Below, piece by piece: positions 37,948 to 48,776 of a stretch of 64,000 nt of DNA. The DNA is from a virus: the IMG/VR virus record IMGVR_UViG_3300046791_000258, positions 4,649 through 68,648 of that record. One strand, given 5' to 3'. Numbering within the stretch: position 1 is the first letter of the stretch; each line of letters begins with the position of its first letter. Below the pieces are notes generated by a model that saw only the letters and a list, made by a program, of their open reading frames with translations, did no database searches and had not been told where the DNA came from. The translations under genes were made by a program, and so were the position numbers.

Positions 37948-40200
37948 ATGACTTCCCTGATCTGGACTTCCACGACCTTCAGCGACCGCACGGTCTACCT
38001 CGCGGTCAACGGTCGCAAAGGTGTCTACGAGATGCGCGCGGCGCGCGCTCCCGACGGTGACCTGATCGTCACCACCTACCTCAACGACAAGCCGATCTCG
38101 GTCGGCCACATCGGCTACCAGGACGCCGCCGACTTCGCCCAGTCCAACGACAACGGCGACTTTGATGCCGATCACTTCGACGGCAGCCGCGGCGAGCATG
38201 CCCACGGCATGCCGATGGTCCCGTCCGACGTCGAGACCTTCCACAGCCCGCGGGAGGAGTAGGCGATGTTCGAGATCCAGCAAGTCTTCAAGGATCCTCG
38301 CTCGGGCGAGGATTTCGCCACCTCCTACATGAGTTTCCCGACCAAGGCCGAGGCGCTGAAGGAGGCGCGCAAGCTCAAGGGTCGTTGGCGGATCATCGAG
38401 ACCCGCATCGTCGCGTGGTCGAAGGAGACCGCGTGATGGCCAACCCGACAACCCCACGCATGGTCGGCCGGCGCTTCGCCAAGGGCAAAGTGCACTGCCT
38501 CAAGCCGACCGCCAAGAAGAACGGACCGCACCGGCTCTACCTGTGCTGGCTCGACGATGGCAGCGATCGCGGCCAGCTGATCCTGGTGCAAGGCAACAAC
38601 CTGCGCAGCCGCGGCTACAGCGGCGCGCCGTTGAGGAGAGCAGCATGAGCTGGTGTGCCGAGGTGATCGCCGACAACAGCGGCAAGTGGGTGGGCAACCA
38701 GATCCGCCTGCCCGACAAGGAGCAGGCCTACGCCTACGCCAAGGATCTCTCGTGGCGCTGGACCCTGGTGCGCGACTACCGCGTGGTCGAGAGCACCGAG
38801 CCGGTCAACTACCACTTCGTCGACGGCAAGCTAGTCGACGCTGTCGCGGCGAACTTCACGGGGATCTCGGGATGAAAAAGAAAAAGCTGCAGATGGGGCC
38901 GCTGCTCGGCGTGGTGATGACCTATCTGCTGATCGCCGGTCCGCCGTTCGCCCTGCTCGCCGCCGCCGTCGATGCAACGACCGGCCAGTGCCTGCTCGCC
39001 GGCATCGCGGGGCCGCTCGTCCTGGTCGGGCTCGGCGTCATCGAGCGGGGCTGGCCGTGAGCATCCGCCCGGTCTGCGTCGCCTGCGAGGTGTTCTACCG
39101 GCCGCTCAAGAACGGCATCTTCCTGCTGGAGCAGATCAAGACCACGAGCGGCCGGCGACCTTACAAGATCTGGTCGGCCGACCATTGGAAGTGCCCGGGC
39201 TGCGGCCACGAGATCGTGGTCGGCAGCGGCAGCAAGCCGGTGCGCGAGGATCACGCCGCGGACTTCGACGAGTGGCGCGAGCAGACCACGGTGACGGTCA
39301 ATGGCTGACGCGAGCATCAAGGAGATCGAGCACCTGGGCGACGGCGTCTATGCCGGCCACGACGGCTGGCAGGTCTGGGTGAGGGCCAACAACCATCATT
39401 TCGGCGAGTGGTCGGAGACGCCGGACGTCGCCCTGGAGCCGCGGGTGCTGTTCGCCTTGATCGACTACGCCGAGCGCAAGGGATTGATTAAACGCAAACC
39501 GGAGAACGGATGATGACCCGACTAAGAACCTTCGCCTGCCTGGGCGTGCTGCTCGCGACCCCCGCCTGGGGCCAGACCCCGACCCCGCTTGGCGAGATCC
39601 GCCGGCCGGCCTACCAGGAGCCCGAGGGCCCGCCAGCACCGCGTGCGCCGATCCGGGCCAGGGCGACCGCCAAGGCCGCCCAGGCGCCCGCTGGAGGGCA
39701 AGTCCTGGTGCCGTGCTGGTACGTGCCCAACGGGGCGGCCATCACCCTGCAGTGCGCTAATGGCTTCTGGCAGACCATCATGCCCGACGGGCTGGTCGTC
39801 ACTGGCCACGGCATGCCCGACCCCAACGAGGCGGTGCGCGGCTCGGGGCTGGTCATCAACCCGGGGACCGGTGGGCCCTACATCGGCAACGGCCCGACCG
39901 TGACCCCGCCCACCCAGGTGGTGCCGACGCCGGCGCCTGGGCAGGCCAGCCAGTACGGCCTGCCGCCCCTGGAGCAGTGACATGGTCGACGTGGTGTGCG
40001 AGCGCGAGGGGGTCTCGCTGCGGATCGCCGGCGTGGTCTATGCAGTCACGCTGCAGCAGAACAGACGGGGCCGCGGCTGGTCGGCGATCCTGGCGGACTA
40101 CCCGACGCCCCAGGGCCCGCTGATCGGCGACGGCCCGAGCGAGGTCGCCGCCCTGGCCGGACTGATCGACCACGCCGCCCGCCTGGAGGGGGCGACGTGA
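37948..40200 (+). other. Cluster of small early ORFs: 37948-38262, 38266-38436, 38436-38648, 38645-38875, 38872-39060, 39057-39308, 39301-39513, 39510-39980 (signal peptide), 39982-40200
   Basis: Tightly coupled ATGA/TGATG junctions downstream of promoter copy 3. Confidence 0.65.
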
Positions 40201-40427
40201 GCCGGCGCCACCACATACGCGAGCTCGCCAAGGTGGCCGAGGCGCTGGGCTACACCCAGGAGGGGCTGACAAGCCGGCAGCACGTCAGGTGGCGCAACGC
40301 CCAGGGCGTGCTGGTGATCACCGCCTCGGACCTCCCGACGACCCGCCACATGCGCAACTGCGAGACCTTCCTGCGGCGCTACAGCGCCAAGGACATCAAA
40401 AGTATTTTAGCGGAAAAACGAAAATAA
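40197..40427 (+). CDS. HicA-like (dsRBD-fold) small protein
   Basis: RELAKVAEALGY...RQHVRWRNAQG..VITAS...R..RN...LRR. Confidence 0.5.
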   Translation: MSRRHHIRELAKVAEALGYTQEGLTSRQHVRWRNAQGVLVITASDLPTTRHMRNCETFLRRYSAKDIKSILAEKRK

Positions 40428-40437
40428 CCCCAGGCGG

Positions 40438-40467
40438 TCCTTGAACCTAGTGTTCAAGTACCCATCT
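40438..40467 (+). promoter_or_regulatory. Repeated early promoter/operator, copy 4
   Basis: CTTGAA-cctagtgttcaagtac-CCATCT. Confidence 0.75.
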
Positions 40468-40505
40468 GGGGAGGGAGACAGACGACCAACCAACGGAGCT
40501 TCCCA

Positions 40506-42726
40506 GTGACCAACCATTTCTACGTCATCGATCCCCAGGGCGTCGCCCACACCCGCAGCTCGAAGAACCGGACCTACACGCACACCGTGCTCATCTTCCG
40601 CGGCCCGGCCATGGAGGCTGCCGCCCTGGCCCGCGCCCAGCGCAGCACGCTGGCCGACAGCATCAAGACCCACGCGACCTACATCAGCTGGTCGCAGTGC
40701 GTTGATCTCGGAAGCCGCCCAAGGCCGATCGTCGCCGGCGACTACCTGAACCAGCGCGGCCTGGAGCATGTCGCCAAGTTCGCCTCGGCCGAGGCCTACG
40801 AGGCCTCGCAGCTGGCGTGGCGCCTGCAGTGCCATGCCAAGGACGTCGCCAAGGGCCAGTACAGCAAGTGGCACAATGCCGGCTGGTGCGGCCGCCCCGA
40901 TCTGGCCGTCAAGCTGGCCGCCCAGGAGACGGTCACGACGAAGATCCTGGAGGCCCAGGTCGGCAAGCCGCCCAAGGCCACCAAGCAGCAGGAGGCAGCG
41001 TGATGCGCCAGGATCCGATCCGCTTCGAGTGGAGCGAGAAAATCGACCGCCTGGGCCACGTCAAGGCGACCCTGCAGTGCGACGAGCTGCGCGCCGCCCG
41101 GTCCTGGTGCACGATCACCGAGATCGACCTCGGCCATGGCGACGGCAACAGCCAGCGCTTCTCGCGCAAGACCTGCAACGGCAGCGCCGGCTCGACCCGC
41201 TACGCCCAGTTCAAGACCCTGGCCGAGGCCTACGAGGCGACGGTGCCGTGGATCAAGCGCAAGGTCTACGATCATCGCCAACAGGTCGGCATCCGCACCG
41301 CCTCCACGATGTTCCGGTTCGCCCGCCTGCTGGCGACCGGCAGCCAGTGGGGGCCGCGATGAGGATCACCCGCAACAACCTCGTCGCGGTGGCCCGTGCT
41401 CAGGGCTGCACGACGACCCCCGAGGCGAGCCGGATCCTGATCAAGCGCGGCGACACGGTCGTGGTGCTGAGCGAGGACGGTTCGATGTACCGCGGCGACG
41501 TGCTGCTCCACCTCGCCCGCGCGATGCGGGTGTCGGATGCAGTGCGGGCGCTGAAGCTCGATACCGAGCGCGGCCAAGCAAGAGGACACTGACATGACCG
41601 AGGAGACCAAGACACCGCCCAGGCTCACCTATGTGAGCAAGACCGAGGGCGAGCTGGAGAAGCTCGCCTGGGACGTGGTGGGTGGTCAGGTGTTCGGCAC
41701 GTGGAGCCATCCCGAGGCCGCCAAGCTCAGCTTCATGGTGCTGATGTTCTTGGACAACGAGCAGCGCCAGCAGATGCGCGACGCCAAGATCGTCCACATC
41801 TACGAGTACATCGACAAGGCGGGACCACGATCGATCAACGGCCTGCCGTCGTTCATGAGCATGCAGCTGCTCGACGAGACCGACGCCGAGAAGCTGCGCA
41901 TGCGGGTGTTCGAGCTCGACAAGCTCAAGGACGCGCGGCTCAAGGCGACGGCACCCAGGAAGGAAGAGACATGAGCATCAGCAAGCTGCTCAAGGCGGTC
42001 GAAGCACAAGACCGCGAGATCGAGCGCTGGCTGGAGCTGAGCCACGACGCGGGCTGGAGCGACACCGAGAAGGCGCGCGTGCTGATCGGGTGGCTCGGTA
42101 CCGAGCGGGCCAAGGAGATGAACGACTTCATCAGCGAGGGCAAAGACAAACGACCAGTCCAGGAGAACAAGTCATGAGCGACCCCAAGGCCTACCTGCTC
42201 GACGAGCTGATGTTCGAGCGGCTGAAGCGGATCAAGGACCGGCTGTACGATGACAAGCCGCTGAGCGGCGACCAGCGCCGCGATCTCGCCAACACGCTCG
42301 ACGCGGTGATGCACAGCTTCCAGCCGCTGCTCGACGAGCGCGACGCCACCAAGCTGGTGTGCGGGCCACGCGAGATCCAGGCCGGGCTCAAGCGATGAGC
42401 GGCGCCCTGGTCGTCAAGCTGATCGCGCTGTGGTGCAAGCTGATCGTGTGGACCCACATCATCGACGCGCTGCGCGAGCTCACGCAATGAGCTGGCTGCT
42501 CGGCCTGCTGATCGTGTTGGCGATGGCGCCGACGGTGGCGATCGTCGGGCTCGGCCTGTGGATCCTGGTCGACTGCATACGCAGGCGCCACGCCGGCTGT
42601 CGCGGGGAAGAGGAGATGCCCAGCCCCGACAGACGGCGCCTGGAGAAGCTGCAGCGCAAGCTGTGGGCCGAGCATCACGCACGCGAGCGGCGACGATCGT
42701 TCAAGGTCGTGCAGGGTCGCGACTAA
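40506..42726 (+). other. Cluster of small early ORFs: 40506-41003, 41003-41362, 41359-41592, 41594-41974, 41971-42177, 42174-42398, 42488-42726
   Basis: Coupled ORFs downstream of promoter copy 4 and a start-associated motif. Confidence 0.65.
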
Positions 42727-42740
42727 GGCGGGGACACGAA

Positions 42741-42770
42741 GAAGGGGCTGTGGATTAACACAGCCCCTTC
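42741..42770. terminator. Strong hairpin ending the early cluster
   Basis: GAAGGGGCTGTG / CACAGCCCCTTC 12-bp stem. Confidence 0.6.
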
Positions 42771-42903
42771 CCCTGTCGCCGTCGAAGGATTACGGTTTGC
42801 GTGCGGTCGCCGAAACCCCAAGACGTCGAAGCTCGGAAGCTAAGACCCTATTTCCATTTTGGTGGTCGCGTCAACCAGGAGAGAACTCCAGGAGCGCGTT
42901 GCC

Positions 42904-43899
42904 ATGTTCAGCCAAGACGTCAGCTTCTCGGTCGTGCAGGACGCGCACGACAACTGGCCGGTCAAGTACACCCTGCCGTGGCCCGCCCTGGCCGGCCGGC
43001 TGGCTGACCATCGCCTGGGCGACAAGGATGGCAGCGCGCTGATCTGCGGCACGTTCAGCGGCACCCGCAGCAGCAAGACCCTCCTGGAGCGCTGGCTGGT
43101 GGCGCTCGATGTCGAGGAGAACAAGCTGACCGGCGAGGTGCCGCCCGACCCCGAGAGCGTGGCCCACCTGCTGATGGCCAAGGGGCTGGCCGGCGTGCTG
43201 TGGACGACCTGGAGCTCGACCCCGGCAACGCCGCGCTACCGGATCGTGCTGCCGCTCGACAAGCCGATCAGGCCGCTCCAGGTGAGCCGGCCGATCGACC
43301 GGCTGTACAGCGCGCTGGCCGCGGCGAACCTCCGTCTCAACGGGGTGGTCGACAAGGGCAAGTTCGGCGCCGCCAGCCTGATGTTCCTGGCCCGTCATCC
43401 TCCAGGCGGATCGTTCTTCAGCCGGGTGGTCGAAGGCGTGGCGCTCGATGCTGCAGACATCGGCGCGGTGGCGCACATGGTGAACGAGAAGGATGCGATG
43501 CGCGAGGCGCAGCGCGAGGCCTTGAAGGCGACGACCCAGTTCGCGCCCGAGGTGCGGGCCAAGATCGACCGCTACAACGGCCTGCATGAGATCGGGGATC
43601 TGCTGTCGCAGTATGGCTATCGGCGCGGCGGCGATCGGTTCAAGAGCCGCTACCAGCATCCGAGCTCGCAGCCGGCGACGGCGATTTTCCCGGGCGACGA
43701 GATGTGGTGCACGTTCTCGCAGTCCGACATCGATGCAGGCCTGGGGACAAAGAGCCAGGACGGCGACAGCGCGTTCGGCGATGCGTTCGCGCTCTACCTG
43801 CACTACGAGCACGGCGGCAATTTCAGGACGGCGCTCAGCGCCATCGAACTGCCCGAGGATTGGAAGGCCGAGCATGGAGCAGAACAAGGATCCGCTTGA
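42904..43899 (+). CDS. Primase-polymerase (AEP-like)
   Basis: ALDVE acidic motif; WTTWSSTPATPRYRIVLPL; C-terminal DAFALYLHYEHGG. Confidence 0.75.
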   Translation: MFSQDVSFSVVQDAHDNWPVKYTLPWPALAGRLADHRLGDKDGSALICGTFSGTRSSKTLLERWLVALDVEENKLTGEVPPDPESVAHLLMAKGLAGVLWTTWSSTPATPRYRIVLPLDKPIRPLQVSRPIDRLYSALAAANLRLNGVVDKGKFGAASLMFLARHPPGGSFFSRVVEGVALDAADIGAVAHMVNEKDAMREAQREALKATTQFAPEVRAKIDRYNGLHEIGDLLSQYGYRRGGDRFKSRYQHPSSQPATAIFPGDEMWCTFSQSDIDAGLGTKSQDGDSAFGDAFALYLHYEHGGNFRTALSAIELPEDWKAEHGAEQGSA

Positions 43900-44134
43900 T
43901 GAGCCGAGTGGCGTGTTCGTGATGCGTCAGGCGAAAGGCGGCGGCGAGGTCGAAGTCGAGCTGACGTTTCGAGAACTGTCTCGCGAGTGTGCAAGCGGCG
44001 GCGGTATGATGAACACCTGGGACACTATCGGTCCTGACCTGCGCGCCAAGAACCAAGTCGGCAACGACCCGGCCTATCGTCCGATCAGGCCTTATGCCGG
44101 GCTCAAGAAGCACAAGCGTTGGAGGGGGAGCTGA
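43874..44134 (+). CDS. Hypothetical protein
   Basis: MEQNKDPLDEP... overlapping the primase end. Confidence 0.4.
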   Translation: MEQNKDPLDEPSGVFVMRQAKGGGEVEVELTFRELSRECASGGGMMNTWDTIGPDLRAKNQVGNDPAYRPIRPYAGLKKHKRWRGS

Positions 44135-44739
44135 TGAACCTCGATGTCGGGCTGCTGATCAAGATCATGGGGCGCACCCAGTCAAGCAGCGACGGCGAGG
44201 TGCTGATCGCCATACGCAAGGCCAACGAGATGCTGGCCAAGGCGCGGGTCGGCTGGACCGAGGTGATCAGCCTGGGCAACGGCACGGGTGCTGCGGTGCG
44301 CGACGAGATCCTGCGTCAGGCGACCGCCCAGGCGAGAGAGCGCAACTTCGGCGAGGAGCTGCGGGCACGTCAGGCACAGCGTGATCGGGCGGCCGACGAG
44401 CGGCGCTTCGCGCCGGACTTCGCGACCGACGGGTTGAGCGGCTGGACGACGCGCGACGCCTACACGGCCGAGCGTGCGCCAAAGCCCGACTGGAAGATCC
44501 CAGACGACGAGGCAGACGAGATCGCGGCACGCGAGATGGCGCATCAGATCGAGGGCGAGCTGGAGCAGACCAACCTGTTCGTGTTCGCGATGAACGAACC
44601 CGAGATCGCGCGCTGGCTGTTCGAGCAGCGCAACAGCGGGATCTTCACGCGGGTGTTGTTCAGGCAGGTCTGCGAGCGCGGCGAGCTCGCCGCCGGGCAG
44701 CGCGTAGTGTGTCACCACATGAGGGAGCGTGGGCGATGA
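44134..44739 (+). CDS. Hypothetical protein with a DUF2786-like N-terminal helix pair
   Basis: KIMGRTQSSSDGEVLIAIRKANEMLAK...W. Confidence 0.6.
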   Translation: MNLDVGLLIKIMGRTQSSSDGEVLIAIRKANEMLAKARVGWTEVISLGNGTGAAVRDEILRQATAQARERNFGEELRARQAQRDRAADERRFAPDFATDGLSGWTTRDAYTAERAPKPDWKIPDDEADEIAAREMAHQIEGELEQTNLFVFAMNEPEIARWLFEQRNSGIFTRVLFRQVCERGELAAGQRVVCHHMRERGR

Positions 44740-45137
44740 GTGCACAGGCCAAGCCCGAGTTCAACCGCGAGAAGTTCGCCAAGCTGTGCGAGATGATGAC
44801 GTCGGACCATGACGCCGAGGCGCTGACTGCGCTGCGCATGGCGAGCCGCATGCTGAAGGGTTCGGGCCTGACCTGGAGCGAGATTGTGCTGGCCGAGCCG
44901 GTCGAGCGCGAGCCTGACTGGAGCGACGAGCCGAGTGCCGCGGTGACTGCCGAGATGAGGCGCTGGGCGGTGTTCGCCAACAGCTATCCGAGGCACGCCA
45001 AGTGGATGCTGGAGAATGCCGCGACGTTCGAGTTTGCGGCCTCGCTCAAGGCAGGCGTGATGCAGTGGGGGCGGCTGACACCGAGGCAGCAGGCGGCGGT
45101 CGAGAAGTGCATGCGACGCGACCCGGCCTACGGTTAG
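44736..45137 (+). CDS. Paralog of the preceding protein
   Basis: KLCEMMTSDHDAEALTALRMASRMLK...W; C-terminal FAASL....GRLTPRQ. Confidence 0.6.
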   Translation: MSAQAKPEFNREKFAKLCEMMTSDHDAEALTALRMASRMLKGSGLTWSEIVLAEPVEREPDWSDEPSAAVTAEMRRWAVFANSYPRHAKWMLENAATFEFAASLKAGVMQWGRLTPRQQAAVEKCMRRDPAYG

Positions 45138-45141
45138 CGCG

Positions 45142-46884
45142 ATGAGCAGCACGACCGGCGCACAGACCGACGGCGATGCCCTGGAGGCACTCGCAACACG
45201 TCTGCTGCAGATGATACGGGCCGGCGAGCGCTACCCGCTCAGGCTGATCTCTGACGATGACGCCGAGCTCCTGGTGCGCTGCTACGCCAACTCGATGCTG
45301 GCAGTGCATCGCTTCGAGGCCGAGCTGGAGCGGCTGTGTCGCGAGCACAAGATCACGGCGCGCTACTACAGCCTGGGCAATTTCAAGAAGCGCGGCCGCG
45401 CCCAGGCCAAGCAGGCTGACGAGATGGCGCGTGCGAGGGAGCGCGCGCAGCGGGCAAGCGGCACACACAACACCGCCCAGCAGCAGCAGACCAGACGACG
45501 CGCCGAGCAACCCGCCTCGAACGCCGAGCAGATGATGCTGCACGACGACCCGATGGTGCGGATCATCGGGTTGCTGCTGCACTTCCGCAACAAGCGGATC
45601 TGGGTCGACGACTTCCACAAGACGATCCGGCTCGACTGGAAGGGCGACGACAGCGCGGTGGTGCCGGCATTCAATCTCGATGACCCGACGATGCTGACGA
45701 TCATGGTGTGGGCGAACAGCCAGGACAGCGAGCTGGCAGGCGCCACCAAGCAGCGCTTCGTCGATGCGATCGAGTATGTCGCGAACCTCGATCACCGCAA
45801 CGAGGTCAAGGACTGGCTGGTCGCTCTCGCCTGGGACAAGACGCCGAGGCTCGACGTGATGATGCCCGAGATCTTCCACACCGAGGCTTCCGAGTTCAAC
45901 TGCGCGGTCGGCACCAACATGCTGGTCGCGATGGTCGCCAGGATCTTCGAGCCTGGCTGTCAGTTCGATAATCTCGCGGTATTGATTGGAGGCCAGGGCC
46001 TGTACAAGTCGCAGTCGCTCAGGGTGCTCGGTGGCCAGTGGTACCGCTCGCTCCAGGCGGGGATCGACAGCGAGAACTTCGTGCGCGGCATGCACGGCGC
46101 CTGGGTGATCGAGCTGCCCGAGCTCAGCAGCATGACGTCCAACCGGGCAGGCGCCGAGCAGATCAAGGCGCGGCTCAGCACGCAGGTCGATTCGCAGCGG
46201 CCGCTGTACAAGAACTTCTATCGCGACATGCCGCGCAACAGCGTGCCGTGGGGCACCACCAACGACGAGCGCTTCCATCACGATCCGACCAGTGATGATG
46301 CGCGTCGCTACTGGCCAGTGTTCGTGTCGGTCGACGGCGAGATGATCGAGCTCGATCGGCTCAAGGCCGAGCGCGACCAGCTGATGGCTGAGGCGGTGGT
46401 GCGCTATCGCGCCGGCCACAAATACTGGGACGTGCCACGCGAGGGACAGCGCAGCGCAGTGCGCCTCGTCGAACGCAGCAACGAGTTCCTCGACCCGATC
46501 ACAATCTGGCTCGACCACCAGGAGGCGATCGGCCTGATCTACGACGGCATCAGGACCGACGTGCGGCCGGTCTCGTGGAACGGCGGCGATCAGCCCGAGG
46601 ACTTCGGCACCATGGTCAGCACCCATCGTGTCGCCAAGGTCTGCCTGGGCCTCACCAAAGCGCAGCTGCAACAGAACCAGAACGCACGCACGATTGCAGA
46701 GGCACTGCGTCGCCTGGGCTGGTCCAATCGCCAGCGGCGGCCACACGGCGGCAACGCGGTCATGGTTTGGCAGCGCGCCTGGGGTGGCCTGACAGACACC
46801 ATGGAAACGGCCTTACGGGCCGATCAACCAGAGGCCGATGGGTCTCCTGGTGCAGCTGGTGTGCAAGGCGACATCCCCTTCTAA
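45142..46884 (+). CDS. VirE/VapE-family helicase (P-loop NTPase)
   Basis: WDKTPRL, VARIFEPGCQFD, Walker A GGQGLYKS, WVIELPEL, GTTN, DPT...RRYWPV; ends DIPF. Confidence 0.88.
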   Translation: MSSTTGAQTDGDALEALATRLLQMIRAGERYPLRLISDDDAELLVRCYANSMLAVHRFEAELERLCREHKITARYYSLGNFKKRGRAQAKQADEMARARERAQRASGTHNTAQQQQTRRRAEQPASNAEQMMLHDDPMVRIIGLLLHFRNKRIWVDDFHKTIRLDWKGDDSAVVPAFNLDDPTMLTIMVWANSQDSELAGATKQRFVDAIEYVANLDHRNEVKDWLVALAWDKTPRLDVMMPEIFHTEASEFNCAVGTNMLVAMVARIFEPGCQFDNLAVLIGGQGLYKSQSLRVLGGQWYRSLQAGIDSENFVRGMHGAWVIELPELSSMTSNRAGAEQIKARLSTQVDSQRPLYKNFYRDMPRNSVPWGTTNDERFHHDPTSDDARRYWPVFVSVDGEMIELDRLKAERDQLMAEAVVRYRAGHKYWDVPREGQRSAVRLVERSNEFLDPITIWLDHQEAIGLIYDGIRTDVRPVSWNGGDQPEDFGTMVSTHRVAKVCLGLTKAQLQQNQNARTIAEALRRLGWSNRQRRPHGGNAVMVWQRAWGGLTDTMETALRADQPEADGSPGAAGVQGDIPF

Positions 46885-47127
46885 TCCGCAATAGTCAAAT
46901 CACGAGGCCTAAAATCAGCCCACAGCCTGTGCATGGGCTGACCGAAATTGTCGTGTCGTTTCAACGCGGTCCGTCCGTCAACCTATATCAACCCATTTTC
47001 ATTATAAATGACTATACGGGTGGTAGACGTAATTATATTACCTGTACACGATGTGCACGATTAAATTAAAAAACGTACCTGAGAGAGTTACCCCCCCACG
47101 TGCCTTGACCGTTGACGGTCCGAGCTC
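46885..47127. other. AT-rich, palindrome-rich intergenic region (candidate origin or packaging site)
   Basis: Most AT-rich non-coding stretch seen; several short inverted repeats. Confidence 0.45.
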
Positions 47128-47631
47128 ATGAGCGATGAGAAGATCCCCCAGGCGCCGCCATCGAGCGCCAAGCTGCGTGCCGCCGACCTCGCGCTGCTGG
47201 AGGAGGACGCCCGGCGCTACGTGGTGCGGGACCGGCCGGCCACCGATGCCCTCTGGGTGGCCCTGCTGAAGCCCAGGGACGTGATCCTGCGGGAGGCTAG
47301 GGTGATCCACCAGCGATGGGGCGATCTCGATCCTGGGGCTCCCCTGGGCCGCCTGGAGGCCGTCCTGGGCGGGCCGGCGGCGATCCAGTGCATCGCGACC
47401 GCGGTGGTGGCCAAGGCGATGATGGGCGACACGGCCTCCCAGGCGCAGGTTTTCGACCGCATCGAGGGCCGGCCAGCCCAGCGCAAGCTCGACGAGACCG
47501 AGGCCGCGGAGAGCCGGGCGACGATGATCGCCGGCATCGAGGGGCTGGTGCGCGAGATGAACCGCCACCGCCCAGGCGACAATGCAGTCGATGTGACACC
47601 GGTGCGTGATGACGGGCCGGCCAAACCCTAG
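47128..47631 (+). CDS. Putative terminase small subunit
   Basis: AVVAKAMMGD...QVFDRIEGRP.Q (DUF5681/TerS-like tail), ends with VDVTP. Confidence 0.5.
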   Translation: MSDEKIPQAPPSSAKLRAADLALLEEDARRYVVRDRPATDALWVALLKPRDVILREARVIHQRWGDLDPGAPLGRLEAVLGGPAAIQCIATAVVAKAMMGDTASQAQVFDRIEGRPAQRKLDETEAAESRATMIAGIEGLVREMNRHRPGDNAVDVTPVRDDGPAKP

Positions 47632-47865
47632 CCGGTGGATCCCGGCCGTGCGCACGGCTGAGCTCCAGGAGGGCCAGGGCTGCCCGGTGTGTGGTGGTGT
47701 GTTCATGGACTGCCCGTGCCCCGCCGATTACATGGCCGAGCTGTACGAGTACCGGGACGGCCCTGGTGGGCGCCTGGAGGCGCGGCTGAAGCTGCCCGAG
47801 GACCGCGGCTAACCGGTTAGCCCGTCAGATTTTCCATAATGGCCGTTATACGATCTTGGCGATCC

Positions 47866-47918
47866 CGCTAAAATAGTTTTGGCCCACTACTTGAACATCA
47901 TGTTCAATAATACCATCT
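47866..47918 (+). promoter_or_regulatory. Repeated early promoter/operator, copy 5
   Basis: CGCTAAAATAG...CTTGAA-catcatgttcaataata-CCATCT. Confidence 0.8.
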
Positions 47919-47940
47919 GCGTAGGGAACGGAGACTTCCC

Positions 47941-48759
47941 ATGCAGATCAAGATCACCCCGGCTATCCAACAGCTCATCGACGACGGCGCCCTGTTCGCC
48001 ATTAATCACAGCGGTGGCAAGGACAGCCAAGCGATGGCGATCGAGCTGGAGAAGATCATCCCCAAGGCGCAGCTGGTCTACGTGCACGCTGACCTGGGCC
48101 GCATCGAGTATGAGGGCACGCTGGCTCATGCCAAGGCCCAGGCCGATGCCGCCGGCATCCCCTTCCTGGTCGCCAATGCGGTCTACAAGGATGGCAAGGC
48201 CAAGACGTTCTTCAATTATGCCGAGCATCGCAAGGAAGTGAACCCGACCGCCCCGAGCTTCCCCTCGGCCAACGACGCGCGGTGGTGCACCAGCGAGCTC
48301 AAGCGCGATCCGATCAACCGCGTGCTGCGCCAGTACGCCAACAAGCACGGCTTCAAGGCGATCGTGAGCTGCCAGGGCATCCGCGCCCAGGAGAGCACGA
48401 GCCGCTCGAAGAAGCAGCCCTGGGCGGTCGAGGATCGCCTGGACTGCGCCAAGCGCGCCGGCTTCGTGTGGTACCCGATCTTCGAGATGTCGGTCGCCCA
48501 GGTGAAGGCGGTGGTGGCCGAGGCCGGCCAGCAGCTGCACCCGGCATACGCCGCGGGCAATGATCGGCTGAGCTGCGTGTTCTGCATCATGGCCAGCGAC
48601 AACGACATCCTGAACGGCGCCCTGGCCCGCCCCGAGCTGCTGGCCGAGTACATCGCCCTCGAAGAGAAGCTTGGCTACACCATGCACGTCAGCCGTCGCA
48701 GCCTGGGACAGATCGTGGCCGACGCCCAGGCGGCCGCGGAGCTGCCGATGGCAGCCTAG
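47941..48759 (+). CDS. PAPS-reductase-family (PP-loop) protein
   Basis: HSGGKDS, RWCTSELKRDP, GIRAQES..R, YPI, HPAY..G.DRLSCVFC. Confidence 0.88.
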   Translation: MQIKITPAIQQLIDDGALFAINHSGGKDSQAMAIELEKIIPKAQLVYVHADLGRIEYEGTLAHAKAQADAAGIPFLVANAVYKDGKAKTFFNYAEHRKEVNPTAPSFPSANDARWCTSELKRDPINRVLRQYANKHGFKAIVSCQGIRAQESTSRSKKQPWAVEDRLDCAKRAGFVWYPIFEMSVAQVKAVVAEAGQQLHPAYAAGNDRLSCVFCIMASDNDILNGALARPELLAEYIALEEKLGYTMHVSRRSLGQIVADAQAAAELPMAA

Positions 48760-48776
48760 CCTGCGGCAGGCGGTCG

